Shown piece by piece: positions 1 through 14,752 of a stretch of DNA of 64,000 bases; position 1 is the first letter of the stretch, and each line of letters opens with the position of its first letter. The position numbers and the translations under genes were made by a program. Source of the stretch: Tubiluchus corallicola (taxonomy: Eukaryota; Animalia; Priapulida). The stretch spans positions 682,001 through 746,000 of the forward strand of contig JAQGDQ010000038.1 of the NCBI GenBank assembly GCA_030141605.1, in the 5' to 3' direction. The notes below the pieces were generated by a model that searched no databases, was not told the DNA's origin, and worked only from the letters and a program-made list of their open reading frames with translations.

Positions 1-3000
1 TAGTACATTTACCTCCTGCAAACATTAAAAAGATATTTGTAGTCAAGCAACTTAAATCCATAGCATTAAGTGAAACCTCAAACGTGATAAGAATGATGAC
101 ATGAATGATAAGGACTAATGAGTTAATGTGAAAGTTATGTTACTTCACCTGAACACATTAACAAAACACGTTTGCTTTTCATGATTATTTATTTGAAACA
201 ATTTGCAGGCATTTTCAGCACCTTGTAACAAAATTTTTGTATATCTTTGTATATCAAAATGTGTTTACCTAACAACAATATTCATGTCAGCATGTCTAAA
301 TGACTGTGCCCAAGAAAGTGACTCATTTTCAACCTTGCTCTAAGTACAGTCAGTGTAACAGGAATTGGCACAAGTCAATGTGCTTACATGTGCTTCTCGT
401 GTAAAACAATGAAAGAAAAGTAAACCTATCTTTCTTTAGCTACAATTGTCAATGACAGTGCTCGTGAAAATACATGAAATTTTCTGATGATTCAGAAACC
501 AAAAACATTGTGTGTTTGATAAACTAGTACAATAATTATAAATGTACACTGCAATCATACGAAGAAGTGAAAGGCAAAAGTCAGTGGCCTGCCTTAATAT
601 AGTAATAATGAAATTAGTCAAAGTGAGAATGTTTTACATATATCATATGGGACAAAATAGCATAGCCAGTGTAAAATCAGGATTGCTTGAAGTTGAGAAC
701 GAATCTCTGCAACTTCTCAAATTTCAATAATATAAAGTTGCAAATCACACAGTAAGTCCAAGTCTCATACCTTCTCGATAATTTCATCGCTAATACCACG
801 AGCTTTGCGTTCTGAGACACATTTTTCTCTGAATTGTATAAACCAACCTTTTGATTCTTGCTCAAGTATGGGCGTCACGAGACGTAATGCTTTCATACTC
901 AAATCTGCAAATATAAAATTGCCAATATAGATACAATACATTAAACAATGTAATTTCAAGAAATTGCTTAAATACCTATGTGATGATTCATGCATGAATA
1001 AACTTTATACAGAAAATCAGACAAGATGAAGATTTAATTCTTAATTAACAAAGTGAATTTGTTCCATAATTGCGATGTTAAATAAGTCCATCATTAGACG
1101 AAGCTTTCGTAAGAATAATGTAAAATTATGCAGATGTATTCAATACGTCAGAATTGATAATGCTTACCTCACATAAATTGTTTTACGAGTTTTAAAGTAA
1201 ATATTTATTGTAATTTAATAACTAATGGTTTGTTTTAAAGTAAATATTTATTGTAATTTAATAACTGCATGGTTTGCATAAAATTAAACATACAGAGAAT
1301 CTTGTATTTTTGTAAACACTGAATTTCAATTTTTTTACTGCAGCTTTGATGAAATTAACATGTAAGAACAGGCATAATGTTATCCTTCCATTGTTGGTGT
1401 AAATACTGTTAGTGTAGCAGTTTTCATGTCTACTTTTATTTGCTTATTTTTTTGAATAATTGTGAACCTTTGTTATAGTTGATTCACATTAAATGAGAAT
1501 ATTGCTGATGCTTACTGCTCAGTTTCTATCAGTAAAAGAAAAGACATCTCAGTGGTGAGCATCTCAGAATGTTCAAATTAACTTCTATTGTTATGGATTT
1601 TCTCTTCCATGCTAGCTAACTATACTCGCTAGAAAGTTTATAAGCATATCATTCTTTCAGCAGCGCAAAGACAAATAACAAAGTTACTACTCTTACATGC
1701 ACATTGTAAGTGTAGCACAGCAGAAGTTTTTTCTCAGAGCAGGTAGCTTTACTTTTACGTGGGCATGTGCCATCAATAAATGATGTTGAAGAGGCATGTA
1801 TTAGCATCTGACAAATTGCTATGACTTAGTAACAAAATTTACAGCAGCTTTAACAGACATTAGTAACTGTTTCTTTACAAAGCATCACCACAATAAACAA
1901 GCTCTCAGTACTTAAAATATGGCAAGAACTATTGTTAAAATCAAACATCGCCATTAATGAGACAAAAGATTTCTGTTATCATTAAAATACATCATTAAGC
2001 GAGGACTTATTGTATTATGTGCTATACCTTGATTATATAATCGTAGATCTACTTCAATGCCCTTAGGACTTTGGAACAAGTATGGTAAAAGCGGTAGCTG
2101 CTCACTGTCTTCCTACAAATCACAATTAAAACCAATTATCTATAATTTCAAGTCTTTCGACCAAAGATATTTAGATAGCTGTCTACAATCTTAGAAAAGA
2201 CGTTCACTCAGTCTTAAGTTTCTGAAACCAAACTTGGTTGAAAAAGAGAAATTTGAAAAATTCACAATTGTCTTTTTCATATTTTCTCGCTTTGGCCAAT
2301 TTTAGTTCAAAAAATTGATTGACCGCGTGTTCAATCCTTCAATTAAATAAATGAAATTAAAGGAGAAAAACGTAATGCCTTTTATATCTCAAAGATTATG
2401 ATATTTATTCATAGCGGGCCTCATCAGCTGAAAATAACAGAAAAATGTTAAAGCAGTACCAATGTAAGAACATTTAGAAGGGCACAGACAAAATTTAGTA
2501 CAAAAGCATTCAGTTGGTGCTTATTAAAGGAAAACAGGATGATTTTTCATATCCTACCTGATTTTGCAATATGGTAAAAAGTATACATTTTAACACCAAT
2601 AATAATGCCAAAGTGTTTTTTTGATAATTAAATAATAAGTTGATAGTTAATAATAGCTGGGGAGTGCAGCGAACAATGATATCAAAAGTGAACATAATTT
2701 TCAACATTACAAACATGCCACGAGTGTCTTGCAACGTATTTGCAAAAGCAAAAATTAAAATACAGCGCTACTGTTCAGCGTGATATAAAAAAACTCGGCA
2801 AATTTTAAGTTTAAAATTCAAATTTCAAGTTTGCTGTCCATGTCCACGCACAAACTCTTGACCGGGTGCACTACATCATAACCTAAACATCTGAACAGGA
2901 AGGTACAGCACCTGATTATGGTGCAACACATATCCGAGATGCAAGCACTAGTGCCCATCTAACTAGCCAAATGCGAAATGTATGTAACAGCAAAAAACTA

Positions 3001-6000
3001 GCCACGCGAAGGTTAAATTAGCTTTTTTGCAGTAATGATTCTCTCACTTATGGAATTCTGAAAATATGTTCCCTTTCAATATTTCATAGGTTAGATCATT
3101 ATGAGCTATTGTTTAAGACTGGGTCCAGTTTTCCTTTAAGAATTCCCAGTTAACTATTTAGTAGTGTACTAGCATAGGATGCCAAAAATGTGAAGTTAAA
3201 ATCACTTTTAGGTAACTATTAACTCATCTCAAAACCAGCTTTAACACAATCAGAGTGACAATGTCTAATCATGTTTTGGCTAAATCTAATTTACATACTA
3301 GACGGTATTTCTCCATACTATGCTGGCGACACTTTTGCTTTATGTATAAACAATAATTCTCCCATGTCGGCTCCTGCCCTCTCTGAAACAAAATACAAAT
3401 AATGACACACAATAGTCGCTAGCAAGTTCAAATACAAAATGTATTTCTAGCCAATAACTGTAATACGATCACTGTACAGATGTTCCTTGCTTCTACAAAC
3501 TGCAACTTCCTTTTTCAGATACCAGAACTGGTTTTTTGCATGTACACATTAATTTATTTTGGACGTGTTATATGGCAATATAGCCGGGTGATATTGAATT
3601 AATGGGTTTAGTTGTGTCTGTTCAGGCTGTTCTCTCCAGCAAATTATGTGGAGGGGAACCACAGTTGTAAAACAACGCAAACTATTGATAAATTTTACAT
3701 AAAATAGCCTTCAGACTATTATAAACTAGTGAGCCGTAACAGGGTTTCTTTTTATCAAGCCTACAAAATTACTTATTTTGGCCTGTTTTCACAAATGATT
3801 GACTGTTTTGTTCCACTTACCCGAGTTCTGTAGCACAATAATACAATTATTCAAACATTGTAATCTTTGTAACCCATTGTAAATGATATTGTAGAATTAG
3901 CAATTTGCAAATAATGCAACGCATCTGCCAAAAAAGAGACATAAAAGATGTCAACAAATTATCTTAAAATATTACACTATCCCAATGGTTTAACAGCGAC
4001 AACGTAGCTATAAAAAAACAAAGAATGGTAACAAAATATATAAAAGTGACTTGACTCACCCTACAAATTAGTTCGGCCACAAGATACTTTCTTCGTTCCT
4101 CCCAGACTTTCTGCTCTAAGTTTACAGCAGAATTAGAAGGAACGCCAATCACAACATCTGCACAAAACAAAAAGAAATACATTGTAATTATATCAAACCA
4201 TTCAATAAATCAAAACAAGGATAATTTTATTATAAATGTTGTGGTATAACAAATAGTGATACAAGCTTCAGAGAATATAAAACAGTTAAATATATGACTG
4301 AGCAACACATCTCAATAATGACAAATTCCAATGTAAAAATATAGTACTAAAATTATTATTATTAGGTCATGACTGTAGACGCAGAACTTAATAAACCATT
4401 GTGGCTTATTTCACAACAACTAGTATTAAAATTAGCCAACCTACATTCTTAATGGCACTTTTCAACTCTATTACTCAGCAAAAAACAGCTACATGAAAGA
4501 TTCTGGGTTACTGATTGATTTTCTTTCTGTTCAAGCTTTTCTTAACTGAAATTTTTGGCTTGTGTTCCAAAATTTCTTGCCTAAATTAAATTGTGTCGAA
4601 TGGATGTCAAGCTACATGTGCAGTACCTAGCAGTTTAAGAAATCCTCGCAGTAAAGCCATGAACGACTCTGAAAGACTGAAGAAATGGGAATATATCCTA
4701 TTTCTAGCTGTGATTATCAACAATCTCAGAGCTAGCGCTGTATCCTAAAAAGAGAAAAGCACTGATTTTTGAAAACTCATGTCTAAGTGTACAGATTTAT
4801 AATTTTATTTCTTGATGTTAATATTTTTATTTCAGACGTTACTGCAAAATTTTCATTTTTTGCATCATGTTACGTATTGCTATGATAAAACCATTACTTT
4901 TAACTATTTGCAAAAAATTTTATTTAGTATATTATTTTGATTCAAAGTTGCCAAATTTACTACCTGTAGCATATGTCAATCAACAGCATTACATAACCAA
5001 GTTAAGTTGTATTTTATAATAAATCCAATTCATTAAATGGTAAAATAAATGTTAACATATTTACATCTAATAAAGAGTGATGAGCTCGTATAATTCCCTT
5101 CTGCAGAAGTTGACTAAGACGCCACCTATGCACTTGGTTGGGAAAGCTGATACTGTCAACCTCAAACTCCCTGCAAAATACAGGCAACATTAGAGTAATT
5201 ATCAGTAACAAATAAAACCTAACTTTTTAGCTAGTTGCATTGTTTCTGAGTTTCTCAGGAACCTGATATTTAAACGTACAATCCTAATTGATAATTTAAA
5301 CTCCACGTCTGCTACCTGTTATAATTACCAGTCATAATTTTAATGGCACAGCAGATTTCGTCTTTTTCTAATACTGTATATGCCCTAGTTGCATATTACT
5401 GAATATCAATAGCCAATTGACATCTTGGAAATCTCATTTTGTGTTGGCATACCACAAACAATTTCAGCATAAGCAACACGATGGATGGCATACAAGAACC
5501 ACACTGTTAAAATCAGCACCATTGATTATATTTTAACTGACAGTGCTTTAATGGATAAGGAAAGGGGTAACTGAAGTGGTTTCAAAAAATCGCCTTAAAA
5601 ATTACATTACTTTGTAGCAATTTTATGCGTATATCATATTCGCATTGAAAGGAATTTTCATTTGTCTTTATTTTAAATCTCCCGCAATACTGTTCCGAAG
5701 TCACCATTACATGACTTCACCATGCAAACGTAAATCCGCAGAAGAAAAGGCAATGTTAAATTATGTCCCACAACACTTTCCATGCAAATCTATATTACTT
5801 AGCTTTTCGCTTACCTGCTGAACAGGCTTATGTAATTAGAAAAGAAATTATTAATTATTTAAAATGTTTTCACCAATTGGTAAAATCTCGCTGACTTGCC
5901 CTCCAGGGTGCACCACTCATTAACCAAAAAAATGTACTTTTAATCTTATTAACAAGATACAGTAATTTATAATTTTACTTAGTTAGTAGCGTTACAAATG

Positions 6001-9000
6001 CTCAGATTATTTCTTCAAAGTTTCAACATGGTTATCTAAACTCGTTTCAAATGACCTGTCGTCTAAATGGCTGCGTCTAACGGTCATCGCGGGAGTTTAA
6101 ATTACATGTTTTATACAGCATTACTGCCAAATGAAGTCCTGTATGTAAAAAGTCAGTATGTAAGAGGTATAGAATTTCAAGGCGAATTTTTTAAGCTTTA
6201 TCTATATGGAGTGTTTTCTTGTGCTGTAAAGAATAACACCTGTAATTCCATTTTAGCTTTTTTGACAGTCAAATGACCCAAATAACTACATGACATAAAA
6301 TCGTACATTACCAATAATTTTTTTCAATTCTCACATTTTCTCTACGCTAACTCCACCACCACTTAACTTTCAGACTGCCATAGTTTTCTACACATCAAAG
6401 TTTAATTCCTCTTTCTGCAAGCTTTTAAGTGTGTATAGTACAATGCATACTTTGCACAACCACCAACAAAGTTAGAACTCCACATTTCTGATACACAAGC
6501 TCAGCCCTACCCACCATATTCCAAATTTATTTACTTATCTTGTCTAATAACAAACTTTCAAACAACTAGTTAGTTGCACACTTTTTAATCTAAACTTGCG
6601 TTTTGTAGACCACAGTCCTAACCACTTAACCAACGTAAATTAATTTAGTCCCATGCACCAGAACTCCGCACCCACCAGGCCCATAAGCTGATGAAGTTTT
6701 TTCCCCAAGTCTTTATAGTTTCTTAGTTATTAAATGAAATAAAAGTCAAAGTAAAAGAAACAATTAAACGAGAAACTCGTCCAAAGCAAAAGTATTTCAA
6801 TGTACATGCGAAATACCAATTAATTAACGAACACGTCATTATTAAATGCTGATATAAAATTAGAAAAATAATTCGAACCCATTTTCGCGAATTGCTTGTA
6901 ACTGCTTGTCATCGAGACGTTTAGCATCGCCATTACTATCTAGTGCCACTTGGTCAAGCTCGTCGAAACTAGGAGCGATAAAGAGGTCACGCATGCTGAT
7001 ACCCTATTGACAAAGAAATTTAATCAATGCCTTAAATGTACTTACACAGACATTCATTATTAGTTACATTTGCTAAGCGCAATAAACTGATTTAATTCGT
7101 GGACAACAAAGGTATATACGTATCTGTTAGTATACATACATCGAAGTACTACACGATCGTTAACTGAGAAAATCCGTAGCCATGAACATGACCAGTTTGT
7201 TTAATGTAGGGACGAATGCAGTTGGAGAAGCTGGTGTAAGTTAGTGTGTGCCGGGTCATTCAATAAATGTATATTTAAATACATCAAAAGCAGTATTGTA
7301 AGAGCACATATCAGAGCAAATGAAACAACATTAGCTTCAAATTTATACAGAAGGTTCAAAACATGCAATAACTAAAACTCTAAAACTCAAATATGTAAAG
7401 AAGGTGCTGAATTTCCTGCACAAAATAAAACAAATGTGTCTGAAGATCAGTAGCATTGGCCCTCCTGCAGATGTGATTTTTCTCAACTACTGTATATTAC
7501 TAATAACAAACCAAATAGAGTTCATGCCAAAATGATATCTGAATTAACTTGACAGATTAATTTTAATTTGTAATAATGATTCAAGAGGCCCACTTTGGGT
7601 TCCGCCAACCAGGAAACTGTTCACAAAGTCTAACTTACCGGTGTAGAATCTCTGGTGAGTATGCCCACTGGAGAGGGAAGCTGTATGGGAAAGGTTTTCC
7701 AGTGGTAAAGAGTTTGCTGTGCCACATTTTGAATGTTTGTAATGCATTCTGCCATTTCTGATGTCAGGCCTTCAGTAGAGACCTGAAACTGGAGTGGCTC
7801 CCTCTAAAAAAATGGATAGAAATAAAATTATAAACACGGGATAAACAAAATTAGTGGGAACAAAATATTATAGTCAAAAAAGGTAGTCTAAACACACAGG
7901 TATCACAAATGACAATTCTGCTTATAACAAAGAGTTTGAAAAACATCAATACATACTATTACAAGGCATTCTAATTAATTATCCATCCAGATGCCACACA
8001 CATACTCCACAATTGTTAAAATCTACACAATTACTGTATCAAATAAAAATATTTAACTTTTGATTGCAATTAACTAACTATACTATTAACTTCATGCAAC
8101 TCAGGAGTACACTGAAAATATAATTAGCAAGAACTTAGAAGGCTGGATGTAATTTATCAACATGCTACACATTTACAAATATTTACAGTGAAGCGGCAAC
8201 CAAAACGTCTAAATTACCAGTCCTAGCTAAGCAGCTTGCAACTTTTAAGTTTACTTGGCAATGGGACTTAAAGGGATTTACACAACAACTGAAGCCAGAA
8301 CAGTGTAAATATCTCGTTAACTAGAAACTTTCAGGCATAGTAAATCTGTACATTTTACAACTTTTAGTACTACTGACGTTACGAAAGGCAACTAATGAAA
8401 GCCTTTCTTACCACTCATATATGGTACTTCTTAAAACTCATTTATAAGACAGAAAATCTCAAACAGATGAAACTCGAGCCAAGACATGTTTTAACATAGG
8501 AGGGCATTAATCAGCTGCAAGTTATAGATGTCAAGTGGAAAAACCTTTCAATTCATTGTATTTTTATGGTATTGTGATTTTACATTAACTTTATTAAAGA
8601 CATAAATCGTGTGATATAAAAATAAAATGTTTCCATTGTTTACAGTTAGAAAGAACTTTGTCTCAAATAAGCTAAATTAACTTAATCAAACTAAAGCACT
8701 ATAATCACGTAATCATGTAAATTGTAAAACTAGGACCATTGTTCGGTGTCATCAAAAAATTCCTAAAAACATGCAAAGTTGAAACTTGAGTTAAGTTGAT
8801 ATCATTTACCAAAACTCATTATAGCTAAAATACAATTTTATAGAAAATTTGTTTTGCCATTATTATCATGCCTTTGATCAAAACGAGTTACTATGAGTAT
8901 CCGTATTTCACAATTAAGATGCCATCCTTCATGATCACTGTTCATGTTACAAACGCATTAGAAAGAAAATTTTGTTAAATATTACTTACTAACTGCACAA

Positions 9001-9441
9001 TAGAGCCGACAAAAATAATATTTATAAATAATAAAGATGGTGAATTTAGAGCAGTGTTTACAGTAGGACCATGAAGATAGTAATGAATCTCTCACAGATT
9101 AATTAATCAATATGCAACCTACATTCTCTCTTGCAAATATTTAAACAAGCTGCCAAGTAGAAGTATGAGCTACACTAATGCCATCGCATATTGGTGCATC
9201 GTTGATAGAATTAAAGTGTAGAACCACTGGCAAACAAAAGTAATGTTAAAACCAACAGAACACTAGAATCGTCGATTTAGTTAAACCCATTAATTTTCCA
9301 ATTATTTACATATTACTTCTAGTCACTCAGCAGGGATAATGAGTGATGAAATTCAAACACTGCTTTACTTTAGCAGTTTGAAATTAATTGAATACACTTT
9401 CTTACCTCTGGATCCATAGGCCCTTCCGTACTTTCATCCAT
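1..9441 (-). CDS. Conserved uncharacterised invertebrate protein, 5' part (3' end runs off the window)
   Basis: Phase-consistent GT-AG exons: 9441-9406, 7803-7639, 7003-6879, 5170-5065, 4744-4627, 4157-4060, 3382-3299, 2112-2028, 904-771, 15-<1 (966 nt, 322 codons, no stop). Translation: MDESTEGPMDPE-REPLQF...QQTLYHWKTFPIQLP...MRDLFIAPSFDELD...GEFEVDSISFPNQVHRWRLSQLLQKG...ALRLLIITARNRIYSHFFSLSES...EERRKYLVAELICR...PYLFQSPKGIEVDLRL...GWFIQFREK...EVNVL. It resembles, from memory, an unnamed arthropod protein family. The start codon is uncertain: exon 9452-9406 has an upstream acceptor. Confidence 0.8.
1189..1276. repeat. ~43-bp tandem duplication in an intron
   Basis: gttttaaagtaaatatttattgtaatttaataact...atggtttg occurs twice head-to-tail. 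Confidence 0.8.
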
Positions 9442-9879
9442 AATTACAATTTCTGAAAAAAAAACATTATTTTTTTTCAGTTGTTAGAAACAAGTTTACC
9501 TGTTAATCCATGTTATGTAGGGATTAGGTATGAAAAAGTAAAAACTAGCAATGTGAGCTCAACACACAACACTTGTTGACAATCAACAAACAGACAGTAT
9601 GATTAGTATTATAGCAACCTTCATAAATCAAGCTAAATAAAATAGTATTGCTAAATAAAAAAAAAAGCTCACTTAAACCTCAATACAATACAGTACGTTC
9701 TAAGACGTAATAAGTTAGTACCACTACACGAATACAACACTAAATTTTACTTAGGCTCTATACAATGTTTTTCGGTCGGACAATAACAGAATAGCAGGAC
9801 TTGCTTTTACACTATTCGAATCCACAAGATTGTGGCTAGTTAATCCCTGTTTACGCTATGGATAAGATAAGATACGGGG

Positions 9880-10030
9880 AATCCAGGTAAAAAAGTCACT
9901 GGTAAAAAATTACATAAAAAATCGTAGGAAAAAAGACACAGGAAAAAAACCTGATCCTAACATTAGCCCGAACCTCTAATCCTAGCCAAAATTAAATGTG
10001 ACTTTTTCCTGTGACTTTATTACCGGTCAC
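9880..10030. mobile_element. Short foldback MITE-like element
   Basis: ggtaaaaaagtcac... at the left is mirrored by gtgactttttcctgtgactttattacc at the right, with internal sub-repeats and a cctaa-rich centre. Confidence 0.55.
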
Positions 10031-10778
10031 CAATAAGGGATGCGTTGTGGATATTCTTAATCCATTTCGCATCTTTAATGACTGTCCACTCGCACCCCTT
10101 TTTACACCACATATAGATACATATACTGATTTTGCATTTGTGGGTCATTAAAACCTAACCTGTGCTGTATTAGCAGAGCGCGTCGGGACGGATACATGTT
10201 GAATTTAGATTATCTGTTTACAATACTTTAAATATATCTGGTTCCTAGTAGATTTTCTAGGACCACATTTCCTAGGACAGGACAGCAGATGACGTCATCA
10301 CTGCCCTTGGCATACATAATATATTTCTTTACATTTTATGGCGTCACTTGCAAGTTATGAACAAATACTTGAAAGTTTATGAGTGGATAGGGGGTACTGA
10401 CGACGTAATTTGGCCACTTCATGTGTTCTAATGTCACTAACGGTATCACTAAATGAAAGCCGATATATAACTTTCTATTCGTCCCAAATGTTAAAAAGTG
10501 TCTATCTGGGACAGTTTTGGAGTTACAAGCCTCTAAAGTGCAGGACCATATTTTGACATTTTAATGTCCCGGGACAGTGGGCCAAAATATAAAATGTTAT
10601 AAAAATGTCCAAAACGCTGTTGGAATGGACTAAAAAAATTATTCCTGGAAATTTGGTACCCGTATCTAGTTAGTCCCCTTTTTTTCGGCTAACAGCCCGG
10701 ATTATCTATGATACATCACCAAAATGAGTATGTCATACTGTTGTGGTAATAACATACTGTAACACAAATAAAACTTAA

Positions 10779-11517
10779 CCCTTAGTCGGCCAAGGTGTTT
10801 TTATATTACACTAAAGACCAAGCGGGGGTAAAAATTACTCCATGAAAGTATTGCTTACTATGTATTACTAACTGGATGGAATGAGCAACTGGTAATCGAG
10901 GTGCTCCTATTAGTACAAAGCCAATTCTGCGGCAAGTTGGCATAGATATATGAGGGCACCGAGGACAAAAAGGTTTTCCACTATTGCACTATGTTGTTTA
11001 TGGTATATTATTTATGTTTGGTTTTTCAAGTCTTGTGAAAATTTTTATAATAGCCTAACATGTTCACTGTTTAATTCTAATACATCCACTTAGTCTTCAC
11101 TTGCTGGACCTCATGAAATTTTATCTTCATCAGCTTCATCTACAGCTGTATTTCCACCTATATCACTAAATGAAGAATGAAATTTCATACTATATGAAAT
11201 TTCCTCAACAGATCGTTAGAAAAAACACTCTGCAGAACTGCAGGCTGCAATTGGGAGGTTTGCAGCATATCTCAGTTTTAAAATAAACACATATTGCTGA
11301 CAGAAAGAAAAATACTGCAAAGTAAATTCCAAAATTTTGCCTACGTAAAAGGGGGTAATAAGTTACCCCACATCAGGTAGTATCTATCACCTGTGCTTTG
11401 TAAAAAAGCGTGAATAATCACTATTAGTTTGTATAATTTTTCGTTGTATGCATCAATATAAAAATGTGAGCAAACACTCCTGGGGTAATTTTTTACCCCA
11501 CCTTGGTCGGCTAAGGG
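10779..11517. mobile_element. piggyBac-type non-autonomous element (MITE)
   Basis: Terminal inverted repeats cccttagtcggccaaggt / accttggtcggctaaggg, flanked by TTAA (10775-10778) and TTAC (11518-11521). Subterminal ggggtaa...ttacccc motifs. No transposase ORF. Confidence 0.8.
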
Positions 11518-12828
11518 TTACCAGGCATGAATTGGAACTTACTGGTCCAGGTAGCCTAATTATGTATGAGATTACTGCTAATGACTTAAACATAACAGCA
11601 AGTATTAATAGAAATCAAAAATTTGATTGGAAACTGCAAAGAGGAAGTTGCAACCCATAAAGAGGTGCGGGAGGTACCTCCTGGACAGCCTCCTAACCTA
11701 TACATCGCCACCCTCTCCCCAACATCCCAGGGCCTTCTACCCATTTATATGCATTGCTTTGTCCAGTTCACAAAGAAAGAATTAGCCACTGGAATTGGAG
11801 GATTAACTGACCATGCAGTGAAAATATTCATTTTTTACAAAGGGTCTCATTTTGAAAATCCAAGATGGCCACCAAGCTGTTTTTGAAAAAATGGAAAGAT
11901 AATTTTTAGGTTAAGGCAGATTCTTGGCCTTTCAAAAATGTATAAGATATCTAATCTCTAAAAATTTTGAACGACCTTATGATCACTAGACTATAAACTA
12001 ATTTGTCAAATTCGTTCATTGCTGGCTCAATTCCCTAATAGTTAGCCTGCTACATTTTCCTGATAAGAGAAAACCAAAGGCTTATCTAAGCTATCTATAC
12101 TAAGTAAAAACTCTGTTAAAATGAGAGGTGCAACTACTAAACTTGCTATTCTATTGAGGGAAATATCTAAAAAGGTGATTAAAACCAAGTTAACCAATGG
12201 GTCTTACACTCTCATTGCGTGAGCACACAATCTCATTTCTTCAGAACGTATGTATATCCTGGGGAAGAAAACTTCTCTTTGACCGAGTGGAGTATCGAAA
12301 TCAGCTTCTGATTAAACACACGTGGGCCATGCATGTTTTTAAAAGAGTTAAAAGTACTCTTCAGAACAGATTCTCCAATAAATGCCAGTCATTCACCTCT
12401 TCATTTTACAACACCCGTAATTGATACTAGAGACGAAACGCAGGCTAATATTCCCAATAAATTACCAATTTCTCCCCATCTGTGGAGAAGCCAGCCAGAT
12501 GAATTACATAGCTTTGAAACGGGACAAATTAATTTATAGCCTTCCCAGGCTGCATGCTGTGAGAGACTGGGCTTCTTAAAGACAGAGTTACAAGGATGAT
12601 CAATGCTGCCCACAGTCAATGCAAGAAAAGAAAAACATGTCTGGACATGAATGGTGTGTTAACAGTGTGTGTTTAATGATCAATAATAATTTCCTGAAAT
12701 GCTTCCATGTTGAGACCATTAGATTTAACATTGTAGAAAGTGTATTTTTTAGTTTTCAAGTGCCTGTAAAATCTGAAATAGGATAAGCTGTGTAAATCTT
12801 GTGTATAGGGACAACATGATTTAACTGG

Positions 12829-13198
<370 letters not shown>

Positions 13199-14687
13199 TT
13201 AACAAGCAAATTATTGTGGAGCAATAAAAGGAGACATGAAATTGTGATGACAATTTTATTGGATCATTTATCGCAAAAACTAGCCGTGCATGCATTGCAC
13301 GATGAGCTTAATGCATTTTGTTTGAAATTATTTCTCTGCTTTTCCATTACGGACTGTAGCTGGACAAATATTGGAGTTTTTGCTTTACAGTCTGTTTACG
13401 ATGACAGCATGGCATGGCAAAATATTGGGTATCATATACACACCCACTGAATGCACAACTAAAAAACGAAGAATTCCAGAATCTGTATACTTTCATCATT
13501 ATTTGATACTTTGTGTGTTTACCATTCTTGTTAGTGTAATATTTTGAGCACGATGGTAAGATGAACTTAAAATAACATCGTTTCACTTTCAGAGGGGAGA
13601 AGCGTGAAAGGACATGCAGGGTATGTTAGAGTTGTTTGATATGACGCATGTGACCATGACCACACCGTAGGTTTATTGTGGAACCACGTAAATTTGTTTA
13701 AATTATATAATATGCCTAGAGACTTATATTAGATGCTGAACACGTAAAGAAAAAGCTAGCTTTACATAGTATAGTCACTACCACATTCGCACTACAAGAT
13801 AGTCATAAAAAGCTAATCAAAATGAGTGTGAGTGTGTGCGTGTGCGTGTGCGCGCATGTGTGTGTTCGACTGACAAAACAGAAATACCATGCCTACAAAT
13901 TTAGCAAAAGGATAGACAAATAAGTTTCTATTAAACCATAGACGAACCTGTAAGCTAGCCACATTTAGGGATAACCATAGATAGTTGTTTCTACACAAGC
14001 GGCCACTACGTAAAGTTAATAAGTTTCTAATAAGATTCAACTATAATTTAAAATTAGTATTGTTAGTAGTATTAGTACTTGTTGCAGCAAAAGTCTCCAA
14101 GCGTTGCAGAAATTTAGATCGGCGCACCTCCTTTGCTAACTCCATGGCCGTTATAGGCGTCGCCGCAGAAGCGGTCTCACCGGTTGGCACAGGCGCATAC
14201 ATAGTGTCTTCCATAAAAACCATGCAAAAATGAACAAAAACTTCTGTATTAGTGAAATAACCAAAATACTATGTAGAAAGTGTAACAATGTTAGTGAAAA
14301 TCATAATATTAACATAATCTAAAAGAAAAAAAATGTGAAAATCCCGGGCATTGCTGAAAATTAAAAGCAGTAGCAAATCGGGCAAAGTGAACGTTACATG
14401 CAAACACAAGCCGCAGTCAAAGCTCAAGTCGCAAGAGGTTATTTAATTATTAAACCAAGCTATTAATGTAGATCTAGCGATGGGCTATTTACTTTCATTC
14501 ATTCGGAGAGTAATTAATATTGACTATACACAGGACACTGATTAATGAAAGTGCACACTACAACCCCTTTACACAAGCAAGCTAATTGATTTCACTATAG
14601 GTTTTAATATGGACTACAAGAAACTGAGCAAGATAAAGAACCACAGAACGACAGAAAGAGAAAGAAAGAAAGAGAAGTAGAGGGAGG

Positions 14688-14698
<11 letters not shown>

Positions 14699-14749
<51 letters not shown>

Positions 14750-14752
14750 AGA
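14699..14752. repeat. (GA)n microsatellite
   Basis: Seen directly in the sequence. Confidence 0.95.

Noticed and set aside
13-15. Apparent 3-nt micro-exon (cag|GAG|gtaaat) on the - strand
   Set aside because: Reading straight on gives E-V-N-V-L, which fits the expected continuation of the protein. It is the start of a normal exon running off the window.
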